Position numbers and translations under genes: made by a program | NCBI GenBank assembly: GCA_964430885.1 | Contig: CAYSHM010000013.1 | Location: 28,529-92,528 of the forward strand | Reading direction: 5' to 3' | DNA from: an uncultured archaeon | GTDB taxonomy: Archaea; Thermoplasmatota; Penumbrarchaeia; JASLWR01 | Length of the DNA: 64,000 bases | In this document: positions 54,895-64,000 of the stretch, piece after piece | How the letters are laid out: each line of letters opens with the position of its first letter | Position numbering within the stretch: the first letter of the stretch is position 1 | The notes under the pieces: generated by a model | The model's input: the letters and a program-made list of their open reading frames with translations, nothing else | Told to the model about the DNA's origin: nothing | Database searches by the model: none

Positions 54895-55959
54895 TTAATT
54901 GCTTCGATAATTATATACTGCTCCCTCGAGCTCCTTGAATGCTTCTTCCTCAGCATCGGCTATTTCGCGTAAAATTTCGCAAGATCTTTCAATCCTTTCT
55001 TTCAGATCTCCGTCTTTTTCTGCCTTCTTGAAAAGAAGCGCTATCTCGCTGAACTTCCTGCCTGATCCCTCCAATTTTTTAGACGCCTCCACCAATCGAT
55101 CATTTCCAGTAATCCCGTTTGCCTCCTTCAGGAACCTGGAATACATTTTTCTGAAGCATCCGCCGCCAGTCCCTCCGATCTCTATGAATATATATATGGA
55201 GAAAAGATTCATTCTCAGATCATGATCATCGAACATCTTGGGCCATTTTGGAAGCATCTGAGCAGTTTTGCTTATACCCTTCACACCCAGGTTTCTGATG
55301 GGCGGATACAGCATATCTTTTACTGTCTGTTCTATTGATGAGTAGATGTCATCCTCAGTTAGTGGACGGAATCCCGAGAAATCGAATTCCAGATATGTGT
55401 TCTTGGGAGGGAAGGGTTTGAACTTGGAACCCCGGGCTGTAGCCAGTTGATCACTTGATATCTCATGGTAGAATCCTTTCTTCAATCCTGCTGCTGCTGG
55501 GTCCATATCCGATGCAAGAAAAACATCCCCACCGTCATATCCGCATATTACAAAGGTATGGCCGCCGAAATGATAATCTTCAGGGAAATCGAACCAGGGA
55601 AGGAATCCCATATCCCCGAATACCATTAGTGGCTCCTTTTTATTCATCTGATCAAGAAGCGCCTTTTCAGCCCTTTTCCTGCTGGTTGTGGATCTTTTTC
55701 TTATCTCAACTCCGGTTCTCTTACCGATGTCAGCGAAGAAATTTTTATTGTTGGCCCGCCCTCCGATAAATACCATATGGCCGTCTCCGATTTTCATCTT
55801 CCAGTAAATATAACCCATACCTGCCCCCAAGCCTAGAAGCATATCCTCCGATAAGGGGCAATTGTAGAAATTGTATATCTTGGCCAAGGAATTTGTCTGG
55901 CAGTGATAGCCGTCAAGAGCAGGGCATTTGTCGAATGGAATGATGCTAGTTTTGATCAT
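54895..55959 (-). CDS. BtrH N-terminal / DUF4872 domain protein
   Basis: G.HC.T..L, LSE.ML.GLG.G, HFGGH....GYD, GTGGG.FR.MY..FL.EA. Confidence 0.85.
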   Translation of the reverse strand: MIKTSIIPFDKCPALDGYHCQTNSLAKIYNFYNCPLSEDMLLGLGAGMGYIYWKMKIGDGHMVFIGGRANNKNFFADIGKRTGVEIRKRSTTSRKRAEKALLDQMNKKEPLMVFGDMGFLPWFDFPEDYHFGGHTFVICGYDGGDVFLASDMDPAAAGLKKGFYHEISSDQLATARGSKFKPFPPKNTYLEFDFSGFRPLTEDDIYSSIEQTVKDMLYPPIRNLGVKGISKTAQMLPKWPKMFDDHDLRMNLFSIYIFIEIGGTGGGCFRKMYSRFLKEANGITGNDRLVEASKKLEGSGRKFSEIALLFKKAEKDGDLKERIERSCEILREIADAEEEAFKELEGAVYNYRSN

Positions 55960-56141
55960 ACCTTTGGATTAAGGCATTGAAAAATAATAATTTAACTGTG
56001 TTATAATCACATAATACAAGTGGGCGCAGGTTCGAGATTTTAATTCCTGGTTAGAATGGGGGGCAACTGTGGTGCGATTTGGGAAAAAATGTATATATCG
56101 TCTTTCCAATAATACAATTGTATTTAAAAGAGGTGATCCCC

Positions 56142-58967
56142 ATGAACCCCATGATTGATAAAGACCCAAAAAAATTATTGTCTATGGTAATTGTATTAAT
56201 ACTATCTTTCATCGTTGTTGTCCTGCCAGTTATTTCAAACTTGAATGAGGTTGGTGCTGACTCAGGTCATATTCAGAACATGGATAAATTGAATCTTGAA
56301 TATACAGGATCAAGGTCTCTGAGCTATCTCATAGTAGACACAAATCAGAGCATTTTCTATTCCGGCAGCTCTGTGATCGCCGAACCGGCAGAGGGTAATG
56401 ACTATTACGGCCAGGACGCCCACTATCCCGGAAATCAGCCGTCATATACCGACAATGGTGACGGGACGATAACGGATCTGGTGACTGGTCTTATGTGGCA
56501 GGCCGACCCCAACGGGTTCAACAGGGTCTCCTGGAACGATGCCATGGCCGATGCTTCATCAATCACCACTGGCGGCTATAATGACTGGCGGGTACCCACT
56601 ATAAAGGAATTATATTCACTTATTGATTTCAGCGGGTCCGATCCCAGCGGATGGGAGGAACAAGGGGGAACCGACACTTCAGAGCTGGAGCCTTTCATCG
56701 ATACAGCTTTCTTCGGCTTCGAGTACGGAGATGTCCAGGGCAACAGAGTGATCGACACCCAGTACTGGTCCAGCAACGAATATGTGTCCACCACAATGAA
56801 CGGAGATGAGACGGTCTTCGGGGTGAACTTCGCCGACGGCAGGATCAAGGGCTACGGCAAGGTAGACCCAATGAGCCAGGACGATAAGGAGATGTATATC
56901 CAGTATGTTCGTAGCGGCAGCGGATACGGCCAGAACAGCTTTACTGATAATGGCGACGGCACAATAACCGACACCGCTACCGGGCTCATGTGGATGAAGG
57001 ATGACCGCGGCAGCGGTTTGAACTGGCAGGACGCTCTTTCCTATTCCGAGGATCTGAGCCTGGAGGGCTATGATGATTGGAGGCTTCCCAGCGTGAAGGA
57101 GCTACAGAGCATCGTTGATTATTCCCGATCTCCAGCTACAACCAGCTCCCCTGCCATGGACCCTATCTTCAATTCAACCTCCATCACTGATGAGGGAGAC
57201 GGAAACAACTGGCCATTCTACTGGTCCGGAACAACCCATGCTACCTGGAACGGTCAGGGCGGGAACGGTTGTTATGTTGCATTCGGTGAAGCCTTGGGAT
57301 TTATGGAAATGCCTCCGAATTCCGGCAATTATAATCTTCTGGATGTTCACGGTGCCGGAGCCCAGAGGAGCGACCCCAAGGACGGCGACCCTGAGAACTA
57401 CCCCAACGGCCACGGACCCCAGGGCGATGTCATCAGGATATTCAATTATATTAGGTGCGTCAGGGATGTGGAGATATCCAATACTCCCCCTGTGCAGACC
57501 TCTGTCATTCCAGACCTGGATTTTCCTGAGGACGGTTCCGGTGGTCAGCTTATGGATGTACTGGATCATTTCAGCGACGATCATGACAGCCTTTTAAGGG
57601 TGGAGATGGAGCATAGGAACGGGAATGATATAGGCTGGGAGATGGACGGAGACGGACACCATATCAATTTCATATCGCCGGATGACTGGTTCGGTAGTGA
57701 GGAATTCAGATTAAGTGTGTTCGATTCGGGTTCTGACGGTATTACTGACAATCAGGATGACGAGTTTATTTATTCAAACTGGTTCAATGTTACCGTAACA
57801 CCCACAGATGATGCCCCTGTGATATTGACTGTGAACGGGACTTCTGTAACGCAGGACCATATTGAATTGATTGTGTCTCCGGGCCCTGAATTGCTCATTG
57901 AAGTTGTAACCGAGGATATAGACGGTGATTTTGTACTCTACTCATCGAACTCTACATTGTTCGTAATAAACGAAACAACCGGAGTGATCACTGCGAATAT
58001 CACCCACAATTATACAGGCAGCCATCACGTGAATATAACAGCGACCGAGGTCAATGGATCGGTCCAGACTACAGATATCTTATCCGATTCAGTCAATATC
58101 ATATTTACGGTCAGGTCAACCAATGACAGACCGCAGATAACTGGATTCAAGCCCACCAATTCAGCCCTCATAGATTACATGCCAGGTGCAACTGTTCTAC
58201 ATTGCAGTGAGGATACCAGCGAGGTTTGGTCCGTTGAATATGTTGATCCGGATGGAGATGCCTGTACATTTACCACTGATTTCAACCATCCACGTTTTGT
58301 TCTTATAAGCGATACTGGGGAAATTAGGTTCTCACCGGTTCAGGAGGATGTAGGTGACCATATCCTCAACATATCTGTCAGCGATGGATGGCTCCAGGGT
58401 TGGGCTGAGTTCGTGATACGAGTTGAGAATGTTAATGACGCGCCCGTTGCGAAAACTGTCAATTATTCTGTAGCAGGTGACAATAAGACAGTCACGTTCA
58501 CTGCAGGAACCGCACAGGATGAAGATGGTGATAAACTCACATATACTTGGGATTTCGGTGACGGAGAAGTAGGCGCTGGTATGACAGCGGACCACACATA
58601 CAATAAAAGCGGCAATTACGTAGTTGTGCTTACGGTTTCCGACGGAAATCTTACGGATAAAGTGACCCTAAACATCAGTCTGGGCGGAGGAGGCAGCGGT
58701 GATGATGATACTGACGGTGACGATGACTCTACGGAAGACGACGACAGCACAGGAGATGACGATACCACGGGCGACAATGATACAGCTGGTGATGATGACA
58801 CTGGAGGGGAAGATCCTGCAGTTAAGAAATCCAAAAGTCGAACATGGGTGATAATCCTTTTGATAATTCTTGTAGTGATCATAGCAGCTGTTGTGATCAT
58901 CATGATGATGCGCAAAAAGGAGAATGGCGGGATGGAAACAGGGGAGGAGTTCAATGAGGAATTGTGA
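56142..58967 (+). CDS. Surface protein with two DUF1566 (Lcl) domains, cadherin-like/PKD domains, Asp-rich linker and TM
   Basis: Two DNGDGTITD..TGLMW...W..A....GY.DWR.P..KEL repeats; Y.WDFGDG PKD; C-terminal TM. Confidence 0.88.
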   Translation: MNPMIDKDPKKLLSMVIVLILSFIVVVLPVISNLNEVGADSGHIQNMDKLNLEYTGSRSLSYLIVDTNQSIFYSGSSVIAEPAEGNDYYGQDAHYPGNQPSYTDNGDGTITDLVTGLMWQADPNGFNRVSWNDAMADASSITTGGYNDWRVPTIKELYSLIDFSGSDPSGWEEQGGTDTSELEPFIDTAFFGFEYGDVQGNRVIDTQYWSSNEYVSTTMNGDETVFGVNFADGRIKGYGKVDPMSQDDKEMYIQYVRSGSGYGQNSFTDNGDGTITDTATGLMWMKDDRGSGLNWQDALSYSEDLSLEGYDDWRLPSVKELQSIVDYSRSPATTSSPAMDPIFNSTSITDEGDGNNWPFYWSGTTHATWNGQGGNGCYVAFGEALGFMEMPPNSGNYNLLDVHGAGAQRSDPKDGDPENYPNGHGPQGDVIRIFNYIRCVRDVEISNTPPVQTSVIPDLDFPEDGSGGQLMDVLDHFSDDHDSLLRVEMEHRNGNDIGWEMDGDGHHINFISPDDWFGSEEFRLSVFDSGSDGITDNQDDEFIYSNWFNVTVTPTDDAPVILTVNGTSVTQDHIELIVSPGPELLIEVVTEDIDGDFVLYSSNSTLFVINETTGVITANITHNYTGSHHVNITATEVNGSVQTTDILSDSVNIIFTVRSTNDRPQITGFKPTNSALIDYMPGATVLHCSEDTSEVWSVEYVDPDGDACTFTTDFNHPRFVLISDTGEIRFSPVQEDVGDHILNISVSDGWLQGWAEFVIRVENVNDAPVAKTVNYSVAGDNKTVTFTAGTAQDEDGDKLTYTWDFGDGEVGAGMTADHTYNKSGNYVVVLTVSDGNLTDKVTLNISLGGGGSGDDDTDGDDDSTEDDDSTGDDDTTGDNDTAGDDDTGGEDPAVKKSKSRTWVIILLIILVVIIAAVVIIMMMRKKENGGMETGEEFNEEL
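58698..58806 (+). repeat. Low-complexity (G/E)DDD(T/S)x coding repeats
   Basis: GDDDTD-GDDDST-EDDDST-GDDDTT-GDNDTA-GDDDTG. Confidence 0.75.
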
Positions 58968-58981
58968 TTGAAAGAAAAAAA

Positions 58982-59656
58982 TCAATTCATTACTCTATAT
59001 ACTGTCCAAACCAACTCATCTTCAAGGGTTTCGCTCTTCATTAGTTCCAATTCTCTTTTTACCTTGATATCGCTGAACATATTGTAGGAGCCTTTTCCCA
59101 GAATAATAGGATGAACAAGCAGGCTTATCTCATCAACAATTCCCATATCAAGGAGCAATGTGTTAAGGATTCGCCCTGAATCGGTGAGTATTGTATCTGT
59201 ATTATATTTCCCTTTAAGATAGTATAGTGACTCCAATAGGTCAATACTCTTTTCGCCTGATAGATGATAGTCGTAGTTGCGCTCTTCCAGATATTCTAAG
59301 TAGTTCTCGGGTGTTTCCTTCGAAACCAATATAAGTACATCCCTGCAGTACTCAAACCTTCTGGTAACATGCAGTTTACCTTCCAGCTTACCTTTAGAAT
59401 CTATTATGACCCAGTAAGGCAGGTTTACATCTCTTTCCGGTTTCTGAAAATCATTTTCATTCTCCTCGGGTACACCGTCACCATAGAGTTCTATACCAGT
59501 CACCATTGTGTTGGACCCTATTAGATGCGCATCAGGCCTGTAATCTCCGGCTATCCTGTAATGGACCTCCATATTGGGTATGAATCCTGTTAATGAACCG
59601 TCGAGGGTGATGGAATTATGGATAATTATCCTGGGTAAATTATTTCTATCCAACAT
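58982..59656 (-). CDS. RibD C-terminal domain (reductase-like) protein
   Basis: I.HNS.TLDG, L.GSNT, IIDSKG, VDEISLLVHP.I.G. Confidence 0.85.
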   Translation of the reverse strand: MLDRNNLPRIIIHNSITLDGSLTGFIPNMEVHYRIAGDYRPDAHLIGSNTMVTGIELYGDGVPEENENDFQKPERDVNLPYWVIIDSKGKLEGKLHVTRRFEYCRDVLILVSKETPENYLEYLEERNYDYHLSGEKSIDLLESLYYLKGKYNTDTILTDSGRILNTLLLDMGIVDEISLLVHPIILGKGSYNMFSDIKVKRELELMKSETLEDELVWTVYRVMN

Positions 59657-59657
59657 T

Positions 59658-60437
59658 TCACCTCTCAGCTATTACAAGCATCTCGAAATCGTCCGGGGTC
59701 AGTTTGTGTTCCCTTGAGAATTCACCTATCCTCGCTCCGTATATGTCGATCTTCTTGAATCCCAAGGATTTCAAGAGCCATGTTATCTCCGGAGGGACAT
59801 AGTATCTCTCATTGCAGTCGAGTTCTTTCTTATTTCCCAGATCGTCTACCACTGTGGTAATGTTATGGTCTCTGAATGTCATCAGATCAAAGGAGTTGCT
59901 TCTGTATTCTGGATGTCCGTCCTGACTTGCAGCAGCACAGAACTTTTCCACCGAATTGAACAGGGGAAAAAGACCGTTCAAGGTGGTGAATATGAATTTA
60001 CTTTTTTCCTTCAAAGCTCTCGCAGCACATCGGAGTATCTTGAAATTCTCTTCATCGGTCTCCATCAGGGGAAAGCCCCCCTCACAGAGCATGATGACCA
60101 GATCGAACTCAGCGCTGAAAGGAAGTTCCCGTGCATCATGCTCTCTAAAGTCTATGCTCAATCCTTCAGACTCCGCCTTTTCCCGTGCTCTTCTCAGCAT
60201 TGAAGGGGATAGGTCTATCCCAGTGACATTGTAGCCTCTTTTTGTTAACTCTATTGAATGTCTGCCAGTACCGCACCCGACATCCAGTATTTTCTGGTTC
60301 TTATTGTGATCTATCTCCTTTTCGATAAAATCGCATTCACCTATTGTTCCCACTACAAAACATTCCTCGTCGTATTTCTTGGCATAATTCTCGAAAAGAC
60401 TCTCGTACCACTGTTTCATATTATCCGCATCCTTCAT
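59658..60437 (-). CDS. Class I SAM-dependent methyltransferase
   Basis: ILDVGCGTGRH, G.DLS..ML..AR, DAR.LPF. Confidence 0.92.
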   Translation of the reverse strand: MKDADNMKQWYESLFENYAKKYDEECFVVGTIGECDFIEKEIDHNKNQKILDVGCGTGRHSIELTKRGYNVTGIDLSPSMLRRAREKAESEGLSIDFREHDARELPFSAEFDLVIMLCEGGFPLMETDEENFKILRCAARALKEKSKFIFTTLNGLFPLFNSVEKFCAAASQDGHPEYRSNSFDLMTFRDHNITTVVDDLGNKKELDCNERYYVPPEITWLLKSLGFKKIDIYGARIGEFSREHKLTPDDFEMLVIAER

Positions 60438-61192
60438 TTCAATCCGAACATTCTAAGGTATAACCAGTCAGGCAGCATTGTAATTAATTTTATGATCACT
60501 ACCCATAGAAAGGGAAATTTAATTTTGGCAGCTCCCTTGAACACCTTTTTAACAATATATTTGGCAGCTTTTTCGGGTTTCCATGTGCTTGGCAGTGGTT
60601 GATCTGATTTCAGCATGTCCGTATCAACCGGTCCCGGATAGACCAGCACAAATCTTATTTTGTCTTTTCTGTACGTTGCATCCAGTGATTGAAAAGCATG
60701 ATTTATTGCAGCCTTGCTCGCCCCGTAAGCTGTGGCACCGGGCATTCCCCGCAGAGATTGGATGGAGGATGTGGCAATGAATTTTCCTCCTCCTTTCTTC
60801 TTCAGGTCTGAAAGCCAGTATTTCAGCCAGGTGACTGTTCCGAAGTAATTGACATCGAAAGTTCTTCTATGTAGGTCCAGGTTGAACCTTTTGTCGTCCT
60901 CGATATCCCCAGTACCTGCGTTTAGAAAGAACATTGTGGGGTAGATGCTGCGCTTTTTGAGTTTCTTCGAAGCTCTCTCTATTTCTTCGGGTTTGCCTAC
61001 ATCGCAAACAACAGGTATCATGTTCTTTATGCCAAGCTCTTTCTGTAGTTTTAAAAGTTTTTTATCTCGTCTTGCCACTGCCACTACTCTCCATCCCCTT
61101 CCCGCCATCTCCTTTGATATGTGCCATCCAATCCCTGATGATGCACCAGTTACAAGACAGGTTTTTGGTCCTTCTGCCATTCCACTTTTCAC
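60434..61192 (-). CDS. Short-chain dehydrogenase/reductase
   Basis: TGASSGIG, NAG, S...YGASK, PG.VDT.M. Confidence 0.93.
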   Translation of the reverse strand: MKSGMAEGPKTCLVTGASSGIGWHISKEMAGRGWRVVAVARRDKKLLKLQKELGIKNMIPVVCDVGKPEEIERASKKLKKRSIYPTMFFLNAGTGDIEDDKRFNLDLHRRTFDVNYFGTVTWLKYWLSDLKKKGGGKFIATSSIQSLRGMPGATAYGASKAAINHAFQSLDATYRKDKIRFVLVYPGPVDTDMLKSDQPLPSTWKPEKAAKYIVKKVFKGAAKIKFPFLWVVIIKLITMLPDWLYLRMFGLK

Positions 61193-61343
61193 CCGGAGGT
61201 TAATATGGTTTGATAATAGAAAAATGCATAGGGCGTTTTGGAAGAAAAGGGAAGTATATTGGGAGAGGATCTATCACTGAAAATGTAAAACCCAACTGAT
61301 TGGACTAAAAGCTTTATTATTGAAGAGTTCTATGTTTTAGATA

Positions 61344-62150
61344 ATGTATAACACTGTTATATCGATGGTTGGAGAAAGAAATTCGAGTGGCTACTTTTCA
61401 GTCTTCTTTGTTCTATTATTGATGAGTGGTGTTCTCAATCCTATTTCTGCTGCAGCCGAGAGTGAAAATTCCTCTAATTCCGAAACCTTCAAGATAACAG
61501 GCAAGGTAATACCGGCGGATTCTGTCCTTGTTACCTGCTGTTCCTCTTCTCCGCCTGACTTCAATAGAACAACCGGAAAGTTCACCTTCTACGGTCTTGA
61601 ACCCAAGGATTATACATTTTCCTTCAGCCATGAGGGTTATGAGAGCCGATTGGTGATAGTATCAGTTGTGGATTCTGATGTAGCTATGGGAAGTGTCTAT
61701 CTGTACAGGATAGGTGAAGCTCCAGATACATACAACGTAACAGTAGGTCCTTTTGTTGATGAAAATAGATCGTGTATTGAAGGTGTAAAGGTATTTTTCA
61801 GTATGGAGAATGGTGAGCGATTTCAAGAATCTACCAACGAACTTGGTAATGCAACCTTTGCGCTTCCATTGGAATTCATTCCACAGGGATTGAATGTATC
61901 TGCCAGGTACGGATCTAGGACCGTCTCATGGAAATGGTATGTGGAATCACCGCCCTATTCTTCCTTCACGAGAGCATTAGGTAAGGCTGATGAAAACGAT
62001 GATACGGCAGGTCCTGATGATGCTGATGATGGTAGTAACGAGAAGGGATCAAACATGAATTTGATCTTGCTAGTATTGATAATACTGCTGATGATCTGTG
62101 TTTTATGGGTAGGTATCATGATACGGAAGTTTGTGAAAATGAAGAAATGA
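61344..62150 (+). CDS. Membrane-anchored surface protein with carboxypeptidase-regulatory-like Ig domains
   Basis: Signal peptide, G.F.F.GL....Y.....GY motif, acidic linker, C-terminal TM. Confidence 0.75.
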   Translation: MYNTVISMVGERNSSGYFSVFFVLLLMSGVLNPISAAAESENSSNSETFKITGKVIPADSVLVTCCSSSPPDFNRTTGKFTFYGLEPKDYTFSFSHEGYESRLVIVSVVDSDVAMGSVYLYRIGEAPDTYNVTVGPFVDENRSCIEGVKVFFSMENGERFQESTNELGNATFALPLEFIPQGLNVSARYGSRTVSWKWYVESPPYSSFTRALGKADENDDTAGPDDADDGSNEKGSNMNLILLVLIILLMICVLWVGIMIRKFVKMKK

Positions 62151-62738
62151 TCAATGTCCCCCTTTGACCTGGAATCCGCCTTTTTTCAATAATGAAAAAA
62201 CATCCCCCTCCAGCTGTTTCGCCTCGTCGTGATCTATATTGGTCATGTGGATGAACATTGGCCAAAGAAGCCCGGTCCCGTATCTTCTAACCCAGCCTCT
62301 TCCAGCTTTTTTACCCCTTTTATGCTGCTGGTACCTGTATTTGGGGCTCCGCCCCGTCATGCCTACATATATCCCGTGTTTCTCCTTACCATGGCAGTTC
62401 CAAAGACAAACAAGGTAAACAGAATGGTCGCCTCTGGTCCGTGCCTTTATTTTATCGGTCAACTTCTCCAGCTTCAGGAGCCAAGCCGCACTGGGCCAGG
62501 GTTTCTCCAGGTCCATATTCTCCCTGAAACGGGTAGTTATCTCTGTATCATAAAGTTCAGCCTCTAAAATCAGAAGGTTCTTTAACTGTTCTTTTGCTGG
62601 GCCTGTTCCTCTGCGTTCTTTGAGTTCAGCTACACAATTCTCAAAACGAAATGTGTCATTCTCCTCAAGAGCTTTGTTTCCTTCACGGAATATTTCCTTG
62701 ACGGACCATGTTATGTACGGACGTGATATGGGAATCAC
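62151..62738 (-). CDS. GIY-YIG nuclease-like protein
   Basis: SVYLV...GIYVGMTG.SP..RY.QHK.G, EA..LE. Confidence 0.7.
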   Translation of the reverse strand: MIPISRPYITWSVKEIFREGNKALEENDTFRFENCVAELKERRGTGPAKEQLKNLLILEAELYDTEITTRFRENMDLEKPWPSAAWLLKLEKLTDKIKARTRGDHSVYLVCLWNCHGKEKHGIYVGMTGRSPKYRYQQHKRGKKAGRGWVRRYGTGLLWPMFIHMTNIDHDEAKQLEGDVFSLLKKGGFQVKGGH

Positions 62739-62889
62739 CGGGAGATTATTCAGGTAATGCTATTGAACAATATTGGTGGGGGGATTATAAATAATGGTCT
62801 AAGTTTTTATTACGATAACAACCAATAATAGACAAAAAGCCATCGTCATTACGAAGCCCATAAATATCTCCTGGGTCAATTATCCGTCC

Positions 62890-63390
62890 ATGAAGATTCT
62901 GATCTACGGCTTCGGACCCTACAAGAGATGGAGAGATAACATCACCGTTAAGGTATTGTCCCTATTGAAGGATCGCGAAAACCTCCGCAGCAAGATCTTC
63001 GATGTGAAATTCGACGAGGACATGTTCCTCGACGAAGTTCGTTCATTGTACCCTGAGTTTATCCTCGGAATGGGACAACATCCCCGAGCAAGAAAGATAC
63101 GTATAGAGAGAACCGCTGTGAACAGAAAAAGGAATTCCAAGAATGAGAAATCGGAAGCTATTCATCCCCTGGGCCCGGATAAGATATACATGAATCTAAA
63201 GCTAAGCCCTGGAACCGATACCAGGATAACCTATGATGCCGGAGAATACGTTTGTAATTTCTCAATGTACGTCATCGGCAGTTATGCCAAAAAGAAGGGA
63301 ATAAAGAGTGCGTTTCTGCACATTCCCATGAAGATGGATCCATCTCTTGCAGCAGCAATCGTGGATGAAATAATTGATAATTTCGAGTGA
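62890..63390 (+). CDS. pcp: Pyroglutamyl-peptidase I (C15)
   Basis: IL..GFGP, G.GQ, IER.A.N, DAG.YVCN, FLHIP. Confidence 0.88.
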   Translation: MKILIYGFGPYKRWRDNITVKVLSLLKDRENLRSKIFDVKFDEDMFLDEVRSLYPEFILGMGQHPRARKIRIERTAVNRKRNSKNEKSEAIHPLGPDKIYMNLKLSPGTDTRITYDAGEYVCNFSMYVIGSYAKKKGIKSAFLHIPMKMDPSLAAAIVDEIIDNFE

Positions 63391-63822
63391 TTTTTATTCA
63401 AATCTTCTTGTTTCACTCCGATCCCGAACCTTTTCGAGGAGCCCGGGGAAACTGGAGAATGGGTATATCTTGAATTCATAATTGAAAACCTTGGAGATGC
63501 CGAAGATACCTTTGATATATGGTTCAGTTTCTCTCCAGAGAAGCTCATAGAATTCGTTGATGAAAATCAAAGTAAAATGACTCATTCATACGGGCAGTTC
63601 ATCATGGGGCATTCCGAGTGGATTATCTAAATAAATTGACAACCGATGGCAAAAAGAGGATGCTGAGAACTCTTTCAAGAAACAACTCCAGAAAGTGATG
63701 GGTGTCTCAGACGAAGAAATGGGAAAATTGAATCTAGATGAAGCGAATTCAGTGAAGTTAATAAATGTTATGACGAAAAAACTGGTCGGGATGGTAACGG
63801 GAACTGGTTCGAGCTAAAAAGT

Positions 63823-63989
63823 TATTTCGAATGAATATGAGAAATGGACCTTATTGAATATCCTTACGGGTATCCTTTAGCTCCATTTTTTAAGATAAAG
63901 ATGGACCTGGCGGGACCGCAGAATTTTGATAGAAATTTGAGGAAACAGCCATGGCTATTTCGAATGAATATGAGAAATGGACCTGGCGG
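63823..63989 (+). repeat. 29-bp direct repeat pair plus a shorter shared motif
   Basis: TATTTCGAATGAATATGAGAAATGGACCT at 63823-63851 and 63956-63984; ATGGACCTGGCGG at 63901 and 63977. Confidence 0.8.
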
Positions 63990-64000
63990 TTTTACAACCC

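Noticed and set aside
63823-63984. Possible CRISPR array
   Set aside because: Only two copies with a 104-bp gap, too long for a spacer, and no cas genes in the window

Overview
This is a gene-dense archaeal chromosomal segment, most consistent with Thermoplasmatota. That call is an inference from the archaeal-type ProRS, the LeuRS C-terminus, GGTGA/GGAGG RBSs, TATA-like promoters, a PGF-CTERM anchor and many Asp-rich single-TM surface proteins. Housekeeping content includes the leuS 3' end, proS, tRNA-Phe(GAA), dinB, thi4, mnmA and a ThiI-like thiouridylase. There are two MacB/FtsX-type ABC exporter loci, an RND/MMPL transporter, a PadR/HAAS/DUF4097 module, and an anaerobe-type oxidative-stress cluster (desulforedoxin, SOR, Bcp, Grx/FTR, plus rubrerythrin elsewhere). 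The most striking candidate new system is a compact operon at 1164-5186. It encodes two exported single-CxxCH proteins, one on an FN3 stalk and one fused to a four-His di-heme-b-like membrane domain, plus a minimal 148-aa WWD-motif heme lyase. Other leads are a secreted PGF-CTERM SOR-like protein with a predicted N-terminal His, a receptor-like protein with a putative adaptin/coatomer-appendage-like cytoplasmic module, a Cys-repeat insertion in MnmA, and surface Ig modules inserted into an FtsX permease. No CRISPR array, rRNA or transposase was seen. All family calls come from motif recognition by eye; no searches were run.
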